Of a stretch of 64,000 nt of DNA, positions 47,655-59,662 are shown piece after piece. Within the stretch, counting starts at the first letter, position 1, and each line of letters begins with the position of its first letter. Made by a program: the position numbers and the translations under genes. Under the pieces are notes generated by a model. The model had not been told where the DNA came from. It saw only the letters and a program-made list of their open reading frames with translations, and did not search any database. The DNA lies in the NCBI RefSeq assembly GCF_039654945.1, contig NW_027361939.1:10416001-10480000 (forward strand). Reading direction: 5' to 3'. This stretch comes from Dendrobates tinctorius. Taxonomy: Eukaryota.

Positions 47655-47780
47655 GTAATTATAGGTTGGCTTAGGTTGTGCCAAATTTGGCACACAGGGT
47701 CTACAACTTTGGGCCAATCTGTGTTATGCAGAATTTCTCTAACCCTTTGTGTTCTCACATAGCTAGACATTTGTATATAC

Positions 47781-47945
47781 CTGTTAGTATGTGAGCAAAA
47801 GCGTAGCGCCTGGTAATTTTCAGAGCAGGATGTTTGGGACCGAAAACGTCAAGCAAGAAGGCCGTCATACTACAGGCGATACCCAGGAAGCAGAAGCCGG
47901 CGATGACGCGGAGGAGAAGTATCGTCTGATGGTTCATACAGAACT
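47781..47945 (-). CDS. TMEM127: TMEM127 middle coding exon
   Basis: [21 protein letters not shown]...[20 protein letters not shown]; 165 nt; phase 1 at both ends. Confidence 0.97.
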
Positions 47946-48483
47946 CTGCAAAACAAACCACAGGTGATTCTCAGTATAAGTGTACACAACCCTGTATCAC
48001 GTGGAGCAAAGTCTGAAAAAGAGGGGCTCTACTCCCGCGGGAGCCTGAGACTTTTGGAACGCCTTTAACAAGGTCTACTGTAAAGTTGACACTCCAGCCA
48101 TTCTGATAATTTTCACATGTTATAAGGTCACTTTATGTGACTGTAGATTTGTGAATCCTCGCAGCGTGCATGGTGCGCACTTTCAGGATTCCTCGGCTCT
48201 GGGAGTGGGCGGACAATGTGACCTATAAAAGTTTGATATCGCTATAGTCGTACCGACTTGGAGAATCATGTTGCCAGGTCATAATGAACAAAATAATAAA
48301 AAACAATGGCAGAAGGGTGCAAAAATCCAGCAGCGCAAAAACCATAGCCTCATATAGCTGTGTAAAAAAATAAGAAAAAATTATGACTCTTGGAAGGGTA
48401 GAAAAAAACAAACAAAAACTGGCCATATTGGAAAGGGGTTAAAGCAAAATCCTAAATACAGTTACATAAAGCGTGAAACTCAC

Positions 48484-48727
48484 TTGTGAGGAGCTCAGGA
48501 TCCTCAGCCCCGAGAACATCGGCCACCCCTAACTCTTGACGTTTGCAGGTTCCCCCGTGGATATGTAGCCAGGCGGGTTCTGCCAGAGCCGTGCACAAGG
48601 CTGTGATGGACAACGCGCCAGGTAGGGCAGATGCCAGGCTTCTTTCTGGCTGTTTGGGAAGGGCATGAGCTCCGTGACCTCTTCTTCTCGGCATAGAAGA
48701 ACCTCCGGACCCGCCGGGAGCAAGCAT
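48484..48727 (-). CDS. TMEM127: TMEM127 first coding exon (exon begins at 48790; possible upstream in-frame starts at 48787/48784)
   Basis: MLAPGG...[40 protein letters not shown]; 244 nt; exon total 244+165+305=714 nt = 237 aa + stop. Confidence 0.95.
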
Positions 48728-49269
48728 CTCAGGTGCTGGTTTTAGTCTATAAGCCAGGAGAGAACACAGAACCACAGTCACCATCATTACCTGACAAATG
48801 GAGAGGAACAGCATCAGAGGCAGATGTAGAAGGTCCTTGGCACATAAGTTCGGCTTTGCTGAAGAACAAAGTATGTTTTCACCCAAAGGTGGACAAATTC
48901 ACAAAGTCAGCCAGCCAAAAATTTATTAATGAGGTCTATTTTATTTAGCTACTAAAAAATAATCAAGTTGGCTCCTGGAACTGACTGAAATATTACAATA
49001 ATTGCTGGCTGCGATTGACTAGAATGATAAAAACTGTAAAATGTTCTTAAAGGAGCAGGAGCAGGTCAAAAGAGGGTAGTTTTTGCCCTTATTTGATTCC
49101 CGCTGTCCCATGGAGTAATCCAGGTGACAGGTCCTCCTTAAATTACCATTTAAATTCTGACCCCCGTGCCACTGATGCCTGTATCCTGTTTCATTACATG
49201 GGGATGACAAGGGACGGGAAATCATGCTGATCGATGGGTGTCCGACTGTGGCACTGGGCGTTCTCTGGA

Positions 49270-50380
49270 ATGGAGCGGAGGCCCAGTGGGTGCACATCCA
49301 CTCCCTTCAAGTCAGTGCTCTGCATAGCCCTGTTCTTGGGATTCCTGGAGGCTCAGTGAGCGCACAAATACTCCCTTCAAGACAGCGCTCTGCATAGCCC
49401 TGTTTTCTGGATTCCTGGAGGCCCAGTGGGCGCACATCCACTCCCTTCAAGACAACGCTCTGCATAACCCTGTTCTCGGGATTCCTGGAGGCCAAGTGGG
49501 CGCATATCCACTCCCTTCAGGACGGAGCTCTGCATAGTCCTGTTCTTGGGATTCTTGGAGGCCAAGTGGGCGCACATCCACTCCCTTCAGAACGGAGCTC
49601 TGCATAGTCCTGTTCTCGGGCTCCTGGAGGCTCAGTGAGCGCACATCCACTCCCTTCAAGACAGCGCTCTGCATAGCCCTGTTTTCTGGATTCCTGGAGG
49701 CCCAGTGGGCGCACATCCACTCCCTTCAAGACAACGCTCTGCATAACCCTGTTCTCGGGATTCCTGGAGGCCAAGTGGGCGCATATCCACTCCCTTCAGG
49801 ACGGAGCTCTGCATAGTCCTGTTCTTGGGATTCTTGGAGGCCAAGTGGGCACACATCCACTCCCTTCAGAACGGAGCTCTGCATAGTCCTGTTCTCGGGC
49901 TCCTGGAGGCTCAGTGAGCGCACATCCACTCCCTTCAAGACAGCGCTCTGCATAGCCCTGTTTTCTGGATTCCTGGAGGACCAGTGAGCGCACATCCACT
50001 CCCTTCAAGACAGCGCTCTGCATAGCCCTGTTCTCTGAATTCCTGGAGGCCAAGTGGGCGCACATCCACTCCCTTCAGGACGGAGCTCTGTATAGCCCTG
50101 TTCTCTGGATTCCTGGAGGACCAGTGAGGGCACATCCACTCCCTTCAGGATGGAGCTCTGCATAACCCTGTTCTCGGGATCGCTGGAGGCCCAGTGGGCG
50201 CACATCCACTCCCTTCAGGACAGCGCTCTGGACAGGCCTGTTCTCAGGAATGCTGGAGGCCCAGTGGGTGCACATCCACTCCCTTCAGGATGGAGTTCTG
50301 CAGAGCCCTGTTCTCGGGATTCCTGGAGGCCAAGTGGGTGCACATTAACTCCCTTCAGGATGAAGCTCTGCATAGCCCTG
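49270..50380 (+). repeat. 70-bp satellite (~16 units) with 279-bp higher-order duplication, in TMEM127 intron 1
   Basis: CACATCCACTCCCTTCA recurs every 69-70 bp; ORFs at 49377 and 49656 translate identically (offset 279). Confidence 0.95.
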
Positions 50381-52713
50381 ATGGCTGGAGGTCGTCGTGG
50401 TCAGACCCTCAAGTTAACATTTACCCTTTAATGTTGGCCAAACTCACGTTTGTGGGAACCAGCTGATCATCTAATGTGTCTGGGGGTCTCCAGCCTCTCC
50501 GCCAATGGCAGATATCAGGGTGAAAAAAAGACCAGGTTGTTGGTTTTCAACATGCTGGGAAGATAAGCCATCATCAGAGCCATCTGTGCGCTGCTTATTC
50601 CACTCTTTCCACTTAGAAATCATAGACGGAGCTGAGCGAGTGAAGAGGAATACCTGTCAGCCAGCAGATAGCTGCCCCACACATGGAAGTGCTCGCCATG
50701 AGAAAGACACTGCCAGACGTCTGTGGCGGAGCTCACCTCCCAGAGAACAAAAGCATCAGCTGTCTGAAATTAGACATGCCAGATCCTTCTCTCCCGCAAC
50801 ACCACCTATAAGGTAATTGGAGGGACCCCCAATCACATTAGACTGTGGGTTGATCATGCCAGTCTTGGCTAACTTTAGTCTGATGTGCAACGGGGCCTTA
50901 AAGGTTGTCCCCTTCAAAAGAAAAAAACACCTTTACCTTCAACCACTGAGCTTAGCGGCTCTGCTGATATAGAAGGCACAAGCCACTGAGCTCAGTGATT
51001 GGCTGCAGCGCTGTCAACATGATGTCTCCACTTCAACCAACCAACCGAGACTGTGACAGTGGTGGAGACTGAGCGCTGGACCTGGGGAGGGTGAGTAAGG
51101 CTCGGTTTGTTTGTTTAAAGTTAACTGAACCTGGGGGAAAGCATTTTCTGAAAGGAGACCCCCCCCTAAGGGCTGGGATTCTGGCCCATGTAAATGGTTT
51201 ATACTGGGGAAAGCTCCCGATGTGAACTTATGCCAAGTGCTGGAACTTGGGAAACTGTAGGTGGATTCACACGGCCAGAATATAATCCGCACAGAAAATC
51301 TGCTGCAAAATCCACTTTTATTTTTATTATTTCTTCCTTTTTTTCCCCACTGTGTCCATTTTTACCGTCACCGTGGCATCTGGTTTTCTTGCATGCAAAT
51401 AAAGAAAAAAAAAAGTCAAAAGTCTCCTCCCCTTTACGTCGGGTTTGGACGAGGATCGCATAGAAACTCACACAACAAGATATGGCCTTACCAGAACCCT
51501 GTCTGATGACAAATGCACTTATAGCAGGATGCAGCGGGCCTCCACTAATAAAGGCAAGGGGCAGCTCAGGGGCAGACTACTGATAAAAACAGCCACCCCG
51601 CACCTACAAGACCATGGAGGGGTTGGCTGCCTAGTAGGAAAAATGCACATAGATAAGGCTTGCATAGGACGCCAGTCACACATGTAAGTGTGATGCAAAG
51701 TGTCTGGCTTGCAACCTATTAGTGACGCCCATAGTATTAGCAGGCGGGCTGCTCCAGCACCATAATATGCACCACACAGTGACAGACGCCCCAATAGACC
51801 GAGCCAACAGAAAGAGGCCCGGCTGCATCCTGCAAAAAATGATGGCATAGCAATGCTTGGACGGGCCGGCGGCTCTTCCTACCCGGCGTCACGCTCAGGC
51901 CAGGGAATCGCAATGTGATCTTCGTCCGAGCTCTGCGGCCGTCTGAACTCCGGGGCTATAACGGGACCGTCTGCGGTCCGGGTCACACAGGGGCCAGTTA
52001 TACACTAGTGTGAACGAGCCTGTAAAGAGCGGACGGACGCTCCGTGCACTCAGCAAGTCTGATTTACCACACTGCACTTTTTATTTTCTTTTTTGCGCAA
52101 TCACACGGTCCATAAAAACAGGGCTGTGCGAACAGCCGCCTAGACTAGAACGTACACAGTCAGTGAAAAGCCTGTAGATGGCGCACTACTGGACAACTGC
52201 TGCTTCACCATCTCAGGACCCCGTAGACAATAAAACTAACCCCCTTCCACCTACATGGCCACCGCCGCTGCTGTCCCCAGCTGACACTAGTGTGTCACAT
52301 GACCACCGATTGGCGGCAGCCTTTCCTATTTCATCAGAGCGGACGCCCGCTGTGACAGAATACCGATTGGCTGCAGCGGTCACACGACCCATCGGGAACG
52401 GCAGGGCTAACATGGCGCCTCTGTGGGAGGACAGGATGCGTTATTTGGAAGCCAATACATAATTTGTCGGCAGGTTATCGGTGCAGAAGGCCATTACCAT
52501 AACTTTGTTATATAAGACAACAGCCATGGAGGAGAGCAGCACACACTGGTGTCTGAGAGCAGGACGTATATGTACGGCCAGAATATACGGCACTGGAGGG
52601 TAATATTCCCATGACCAATGTATAATACGGGTATAATAACAGATCAGCCTGAGCACAGGGGAGACCCCCCCCATCCTTGTACAAGCTAATGCCGGCCCCC
52701 CTGCCATATTCAC

Positions 52714-53146
52714 CCCCACATACAGCCGACTGCCTCCCCCGGTATTACTGACCGCAGCCGCCGGTCCTCTTCTCCCCTCCGCTCGCCTATAACCACAGCT
52801 GACTTCCGCCTCCTCCCTGCGTCATCGACCCCGTGCCATGCAGGAAACAAGAGGCGAAACCAGTGACTACGACTCATCTGACGTAATAAAAACAAATGTG
52901 AAAACCTATGGTAGCCATATTTCCGGAGACTGTCAGTATATACATAAATGCCAAAGTCCCAGCCAAAATGGCGTCTTAGAAGATACACCGAGAGAACGTT
53001 CTGTGTGGCCTCTAGTGAATAGAATGCTGGGTAGTTTTCGATGTGTTGTTATGTGCGTCACCGGCAGGGGAAACAGTGGATGGAAATAGTACCGGCATGC
53101 ACTTCGGCGGAGCAAGGAAGGAAGTAACGTGGGAAAACGGGAGAGG
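52714..53146. promoter_or_regulatory. Bidirectional TMEM127/CIAO1 promoter with putative non-coding first exons
   Basis: Minus-strand donors GCG|GTCAGT (52753) or GG|GTGAAT (52714); plus-strand donor AGG|GTAAGT (53146); ETS-like ACTTCCG (52802) and GGAAGT (53120); CRE-like TGCGTCA/TGACGT; YY1-like AAAATGGCG (52965); head-to-head layout as in human. Confidence 0.7.
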
Positions 53147-53295
53147 GTAAGTGAATGCGGGTGAGGGGGAAATTTACATTGGAGGAAGTCTTCAGAAAAA
53201 GATGCTAGAATAACAATATGGCGGAACAGTAGCCGGGTAACATATGGCTGCTGATGGGGCAATACCGGAAGATTAAAGTAAAGGCTTCAGGCAGC

Positions 53296-53365
53296 GGCCA
53301 CTAGAGGGAGCACAGTTCCTAGGTGTCTATGTAAATAGGCTTGTTGCGAGCGCCCCCTTGTGGTA
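53296..53365. promoter_or_regulatory. Convergent pair of CTCF-like motifs
   Basis: GGCCACTAGAGGGAGCAC (+, 53296-313) and TACCACAAGGGGGCGCTC (-, 53348-365). Confidence 0.55.
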
Positions 53366-54378
53366 GTTACTAGTAGACACAATTTTGTCATACATTGTTT
53401 GGAGGTGACATTAATCTCTTGTGAAGCCGAGAAAAAGGGAGTGCCAAGAGGCCGGACCGTCATCATTAGGCCCCCTGCTGTCATGGTAACCTATCGCCCC
53501 CCCACAGTTTGTGTTGTGGGTGAGCTTATGGCGCTTTATGGACCCTCATGCCCGTTCTATCCACAAATGGTCCTGCCAGAGATTAACAGCGGTGTCTATA
53601 GTCTTAAACTGTAGCAATTCAATCTATTTCCAGTCGTCGCTGCTGCTGAGACAGATGCTGGCTGTGTAACACAGCTGGCACCCGCCATGTGTGGCGCTAT
53701 ACACCTGCACCCAACATGTGACGCTTATGTACTTCACATGTGAGTGAAGGGTTTGTTCCATTTATGCCACAAATATTCCCGGTGAAGTCGGTGGGATCGA
53801 CACAGCATTTGCTCAGCGTGAACCGCAACAATACCGGCACAAATTATCCACTGGGGAATTTCTGCAGCAAATCCATCCATGTGAACATGCCCTTATGTGA
53901 CGACACACCTTTTAATCTTAATTATCCAGACGTCTATTTTCCATAGGCCAGGAGGCATAGACTGTTATCTTTATGTTGACTTTTGAATTTGTGATTTTCT
54001 TTGGTTGGTCAAGAAGCATAGACTATTGTTCTTGGGAGCCTGGATGTTGTTGTTTGTTGTAACTTATTGTCTGTCATCTCTGGAGGACAGGGACTCGGGG
54101 TCATGGAACAATACATGTTTGTTAATATGTTGATTAGACAATGTACCAGGAGAGCTACAGTAGTTTGTTGACCTGCAAAACAGAGAGGAAGGAACTATGC
54201 AGATTGATTAAATACTCAAACAACTCATTCCATCTCCCCCTGGCCTGTGGATGATAAGCCACAGATATGGTTATTAAAAGGGATTTCTATCGTTCTAGCT
54301 CCATATAGGAACACCACCAGGACAACATGGCTCCATCCAAAGGGACATAGATTTTAACTTCTACAGGATGACAGCTTA

Positions 54379-54876
54379 GGGTGGTTTCACATTAGCGCTT
54401 TTTAAGCGCACGCACGGCCGGGGGTAGCTCCGCCCCTGAGCCGGCTCTCTGCCCGGCGTGCCCGCCCCTTGCTTGTAGCGCCGCCTCCTAGCGCACAGCG
54501 GCGCCTGCGATCGGCGCACCCTATCTTTAGCATAGGGTGCGCAGATCGTGCGCAGGCCGTGCGCTAGTTGCGCTTTGACTTGCGCTGCGCACTTTTGACG
54601 GTGCGCCGTGCGCGCCAAAATCAAACTTTTTGGATTTTGGCGCGCACGGCGCACCGTCAAAAGTGCGCAGCGCAGGTCAAAGCGCAACTAGCGCACGGCC
54701 TGCGCACGATCTGCGCACCCTATGCTAAAGATAGGGTGCGCCGATCGCAGGTGCCGCTGTGCGCTAGGAGGCGGCGCTACAAGCAAGGGGCGGGCACGCC
54801 GGGCAGAGAGCCGGCTCGGGGGCGGAGCTACCCCCTGCCGTGCGTGCGCTTAAAAAGCGCTAATGTGAAACCACCC
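54379..54876. mobile_element. Harbinger-type fold-back MITE, 498-bp near-perfect GC-rich palindrome
   Basis: TTA TSD at 54376-78 and 54877-79; GGGTGGTTTCACATTAGCG termini; mirror ORFs on both strands. Confidence 0.92.
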
Positions 54877-56215
54877 TTAGGGGATTACTGCCCCAGCTGA
54901 AATAATTCAGATCTGCTCCATTGACCATCACTGAATCCATGGATACATTTGAGGAAGCCAGATTGGCACCCACCGGTCATCTGGCTCCATGGCGACTTTC
55001 AGAGAAGCCAGGTTATGACCTTCTGGTCACCTGGCCATGTACCTTAATGGACAGTCCTCTTCCTAAGCTTGTTATTACCTCCCCCTGTGGGTTCCTGCCA
55101 AAAGTGGTGGGGAAGTCGGCCCTGGAATCCCCAAAGTCGCAGCCGCTCTAATCCTGACGAGTCAGCGGAAGGGTGAGAGCCTGTAATTTGCACCATCTGA
55201 GCACCTCCCAGGAGAATGCATTGGAATGATAGGGCTGACAAGTCGATGCTCTTAGTGTGCACTACATATTTATGGAAATGAATAAATCTAGATATTCGGG
55301 AATAGAGCACACAATTGGATGATATTCTATGGCGGGAGAGTGGTTAGGTGCTTGGTTAACACTCACCTTTCACCTGGCAGGGTCACAACAGGCAAAACTC
55401 CTGTGTAGCTATGAAGATAAACAGGTGGTGCCTCCCTGTGTCCGGTGGATGAATTCTCCAGGAGATATTGGATCCAGTTGGATGAGACTGGTAGGATCTA
55501 CTGCTATGGGATTTACTCCACCCTATGGGTTTCATCCAACTGGATCCAATATTTATGGAAATGTTGAAATTAGTACCCTATGGTGCATTTACGTCTATTA
55601 ACCGGTGCCACTAATCGGCAACTTGTTTGCTGATCGGCAGATCTTTGATATCCTGATTACAGCAGCAGATCGCACTAACAGTGCACTCTGAATGATCTGT
55701 AATGGATCGTTCAGTGTGCATAGGTCGCCATTGTTCTCGGCAGTGCGAGTCCAGTTTATACAGGACCATGTGCAGCAGAAAAGATCATTTCACCAGACAA
55801 ACGAGCGTTTCGCTCCTTCATCGATTGATCGGCAGCCTGTTTAGCCTGAAAGATTAAACAAAAGGAAATTCACGATCTAGGAATTACTGTGGTCTGTATG
55901 GTGTCCAATCCGGCCGCCATGAAGGGTCCATCTCTGCGCATGTGAATCCTGGGGTTGTAAAACTGAACCTTGAATTTCATCTGGTGCAGAAGTAACGATC
56001 TAGAAGAGCAGGGATACATAACTCTAGTAACTCTGCTCAGTAAATCCTACAAGCAGCCATAAAGTACTGAGTCGTCTCCTGTCAGCTACTCCTCTGCTGG
56101 CTGAGGTTTTGTATGATGGCCAATATACACGTCATTTATTAGTATAGATTCTATTACGTATAACCAGAAGGTGCTGATGTGCTTATGCTACTTTCCTCCA
56201 CAGATTAGATTAAGT

Positions 56216-56354
56216 ATGAAGGACTCGCTGACCCTGCTGCATAGGGTGAGCGCTCACCCAGACTCTTGCTGCTGGTTCCTGGCATGGAATCCTACCGGGA
56301 CTCTCTTGGCATCATGTGGAGGAGATAAAATCATCCGAATTTGGGGCAAGGAGG
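56216..56354 (+). CDS. CIAO1: Cytosolic iron-sulfur assembly component 1 (WD40), first coding exon
   Basis: [47 protein letters not shown]; acceptor CAG at 56201-03; donor G|GTGCGT; 139 coding nt. Confidence 0.96.
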
Positions 56355-56374
56355 GTGCGTATAATACCAGTTAA

Positions 56375-56818
56375 AGGGAACCCGTTCTGTCCCCAAACAC
56401 TATCAATATGCAGGTATGGGGTCAATCTGCAGGTTAACAGTATCCGGTCTCCTTATTGAAAGCGAACTGTATTCCTCCGGCTTTCAGTCATAAAGGCACG
56501 GCCTTCGCGGTTTCAGTCACCGCTCAGCACATAGTGAGTGATGGTTGTCAGCATGCTTCAACACCTTGATTGACAACTTCCTCTGCATTGCATCTGTGCA
56601 GAGCTGGTTGTCAGTCAGTCCCGGGACGTCACTCACTGAATACTGAGCGGTGACTGAAGCCGCAACTGCCACGCTTTTATGACTGAAAGCCGGTGGCTTT
56701 TGGGAGGATTAAAGTTCATTTTCTCCCTATAGCTGCATTTTCAGTACAGCGACCGGATAACATTGTAGCACTATTAACCTGCAGATTAATAGCATTTGGG
56801 GACATGACCGGTTCCCTT
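56375..56818. mobile_element. T2/Kolobok-type MITE
   Basis: TTAA+AGGGAACC...GGTTCCCT(T)+TTAA with inverted arms. Confidence 0.8.
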
Positions 56819-57064
56819 TTAAACAAGCATTCATGCCATAAATCTGTTACTTTGCTGTCTGTATAAGCCTCAGGAACATTGATCAAGTAGATCGGGAGGG
56901 GGCACAATGCCATCTGTATATGGATGGAATCTCACATTCCCGCTCCTCTGATATAAGTAGAGCTAACTAAAACAGGAAGAACTGACTTCTCTTGACGTAG
57001 AAGCGTATGCAGTATATCAGGTGGCCATATTGCCCCTCACCATCTTCTTTTCTTGCCTCTACAG

Positions 57065-57213
57065 GAGATAACTGGGTCTGTAAGTCAGTCCTTGGAGAAG
57101 GTCACCAGCGCACAGTGCGGAAAGTAGCATGGTCGCCCTGTGGCAATTACTTGGCCTCTGCCAGTTTTGATGCCACCACTTGCATTTGGATGAAGAAGAA
57201 TGATGACTTTGAG
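57065..57213 (+). CDS. CIAO1: CIAO1 coding exon 2
   Basis: [49 protein letters not shown]; 149 nt. Confidence 0.97.
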
Positions 57214-57329
57214 GTACAGAGACCTTCAGAAATATATTGCAAGCCAGAATAATTACATAGCGGGTTTGCTGAAGAGAATTTCTGCAGGGAAATCTGAGAA
57301 AAATTGTGCAATTTTTTATTTGTTTTTAA

Positions 57330-58872
57330 TCCTTTCCCGACATGCACCGCATATATACTGCACCACGGGAGTCGCATTTCTGCAAATTGCCATAAATTTA
57401 TGGTGCCGCGATCGTGCGGGCTCACGCTGATCAGGTGCGGGTGTGAACTCTATGTGAGAGCTGACACCCTGCAGCAACAGAGCTGGACATTTAACCCCTG
57501 GCATGCTGCTGTCAATAGTGACAGCGACATCGAGGAGCATCGCAGAGGGAGTGAGCTCTCTGTCTGCTCCCATTGGCACAACGCGATGTGATCGTATTGT
57601 GCCTACGGTCTCCATGGTGACCTCTGGCTGCATTTCTGTAGTTCACCGGTGTTTGTCTCCAGAAGCACAGGCTGGGAATAGACATACTGGTGGCTACCAC
57701 ATACTGGGCACTACAATAGCAGACTAGCAATTTTCACTCAGTAACATCCACTGCTGTTTGTTTCTGGAAAACATCCACACAGCCACATATGGGGTATTTC
57801 TACATTCAGCAGAAATTGTGGGACAAATTCTGGTGCTTTTTTACCCATTTCCCAGTGTGAAAATGTAAAACGTGGGGCTAACACACAATCTTGGTGGAAA
57901 AATGTAAATTATTTTTTCTTCATTGCCCAATGTCTGTGACACGCCTGTGGTGTCAATATAATCACTGCATCCCTAGATGAATTCATTGAGAGGTTTAGTT
58001 TCTAAAATGGGGTCACTTATGCGGGGTTCTGCTTTTCTGGGACCTCATGGGCTCTGCCCATGTAACATGGCACCTGCAAATCATAACAGCAAAATCTACA
58101 CTGTAACATGGCGCCCCTTCCCTTCTGAGCTTTGCACCGTGCCTCAAAAGTTGTTTTTCTCCACATTTTAAGTATCGGCATACTCAGGAGAAATTGTACA
58201 ACAAATTGTATGGTCCGTTTTTTCCTGTTATCCTTGTGAAAGTAAAAGAAATTGGGTCTAAAAGAAAAATTTTTTGAAAAAAGTTAAATGTTTATTTTTT
58301 CTTTCCACATTCCATTAATTCCTGTGAAGCAAGTGAAGGGTTAATAAACATCTTGAATGTGGTTTTGAGCACCTTGAGGGGTGCAGTGTTTAGAATGGTG
58401 TGACTTTTGGGTATTTTCTATCATATAGACCCCTCAAAGTGACTTCAAATGTGAGGTGGTCCCTAAAAAAAAAAATGGTTTTGTAAATTTTGTTGTAAAA
58501 ATGAGAAATCGCTGGTCAACTTTCCACCCTTCTAACTTCCTAACAACCAAAAAAAAGTTTAAAAAATTATGCTGATGTAAAGTAGACATGTGGGAAATGT
58601 TATTTATTAACCACTTTGTGTCACACCTCTCTCTGATTTAAGGGCACAAACATTCAAAGTTTTGAAATTTGCAAAATTGTAAAACATTTTTTTCACAAAT
58701 AAATGCAAGTCATATTAAAGAAATTTTACCACTAACCTGAAGGACAATATGTCACAAAAAAACATTCTCAGAATCAGCGGGATCCGTTAAAGCGTTGCAG
58801 AGTTATTACAACATAAAGAGACAGTAAGAATTAAAAAAAAAAAAAAAAAAATATGGCCTGGTCATGAAGGGG
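57330..58872. mobile_element. Non-autonomous piggyBac-like element
   Basis: TTAA+TCCTTTCCCGAC ... GTCATGAAGGGG+TTAA (degenerate CCCCTTC..GAC TIR); no transposase ORF. Confidence 0.65.
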
Positions 58873-59425
58873 TTAAATTAGATCATGCTGCTTACTTCAT
58901 GGTGAAAAAATGTAGTTTAAAAAAAAAAAAAAAGACTTCGCTCCCCAGGCTTTTTTTTTTTAAGTTATTTTTGCCTGGTCGCTTTCTGGTCCCTCCATCA
59001 TCCGATCCTCCTGGGATGATGTCCAGTTCCATGTGACAGCTGTGACCCGCTATTGATGGACAGACAAGACGCCATCGCAGGAGGCAGGCGAGGGACCGGG
59101 CGGGAGTGAGAAATGAGTTGGGAGATTTTTTATTTTTTTTTTTCTTTGTCAAGATCTGTGGATTTTCATGTAGGATCTGTGAGTTTTGTTGTGGACTTTC
59201 CCACTGAAGTCAACGAGGAGCATAGTGAAAGTAACCTTGACCATCCTGCTTAATCCACAGCTTATGTGCAGATCCCTATGTGGACTTACTGCTACTATAA
59301 TATTTTGCTGATATTCCACTCACAGGTCCAGACTGATTCCACAGCGTTTCCGATACTTGAGGCTTTATGTGATGGCATAACTTGTGCCGGTGTTCCTACT
59401 TAGAGATCTGTGTTCTTCCTTTCAG

Positions 59426-59537
59426 TGTGTCACCACCCTTGAGGGACATGAGAATGAGGTGAAGTCTGTGGCCTGGGCGCCTTCTGGTAGTCTGCTTGCA
59501 ACCTGTAGCCGTGACAAGAGTGTGTGGGTGTGGGAAG
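59426..59537 (+). CDS. CIAO1: CIAO1 coding exon 3
   Basis: [37 protein letters not shown]; 112 nt; G|GTGAG. Confidence 0.97.
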
Positions 59538-59662
59538 GTGAGCTCAGTTATACAACTAGCGGACATGATGCGACTATTAATATTTATGAGATTGGAGCAG
59601 TTTCCTAAACCTTCTTACTATGATTATTTTTTACTATGAGCCTAAACACTACCAGGCAGGTA

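Noticed and set aside
49307-50466. Repeated 60-90 aa ORFs
   Set aside because: Products of the 70-bp satellite.
54376-54900. Mirror-image 103/110-aa ORFs
   Set aside because: Artefact of the palindromic MITE.
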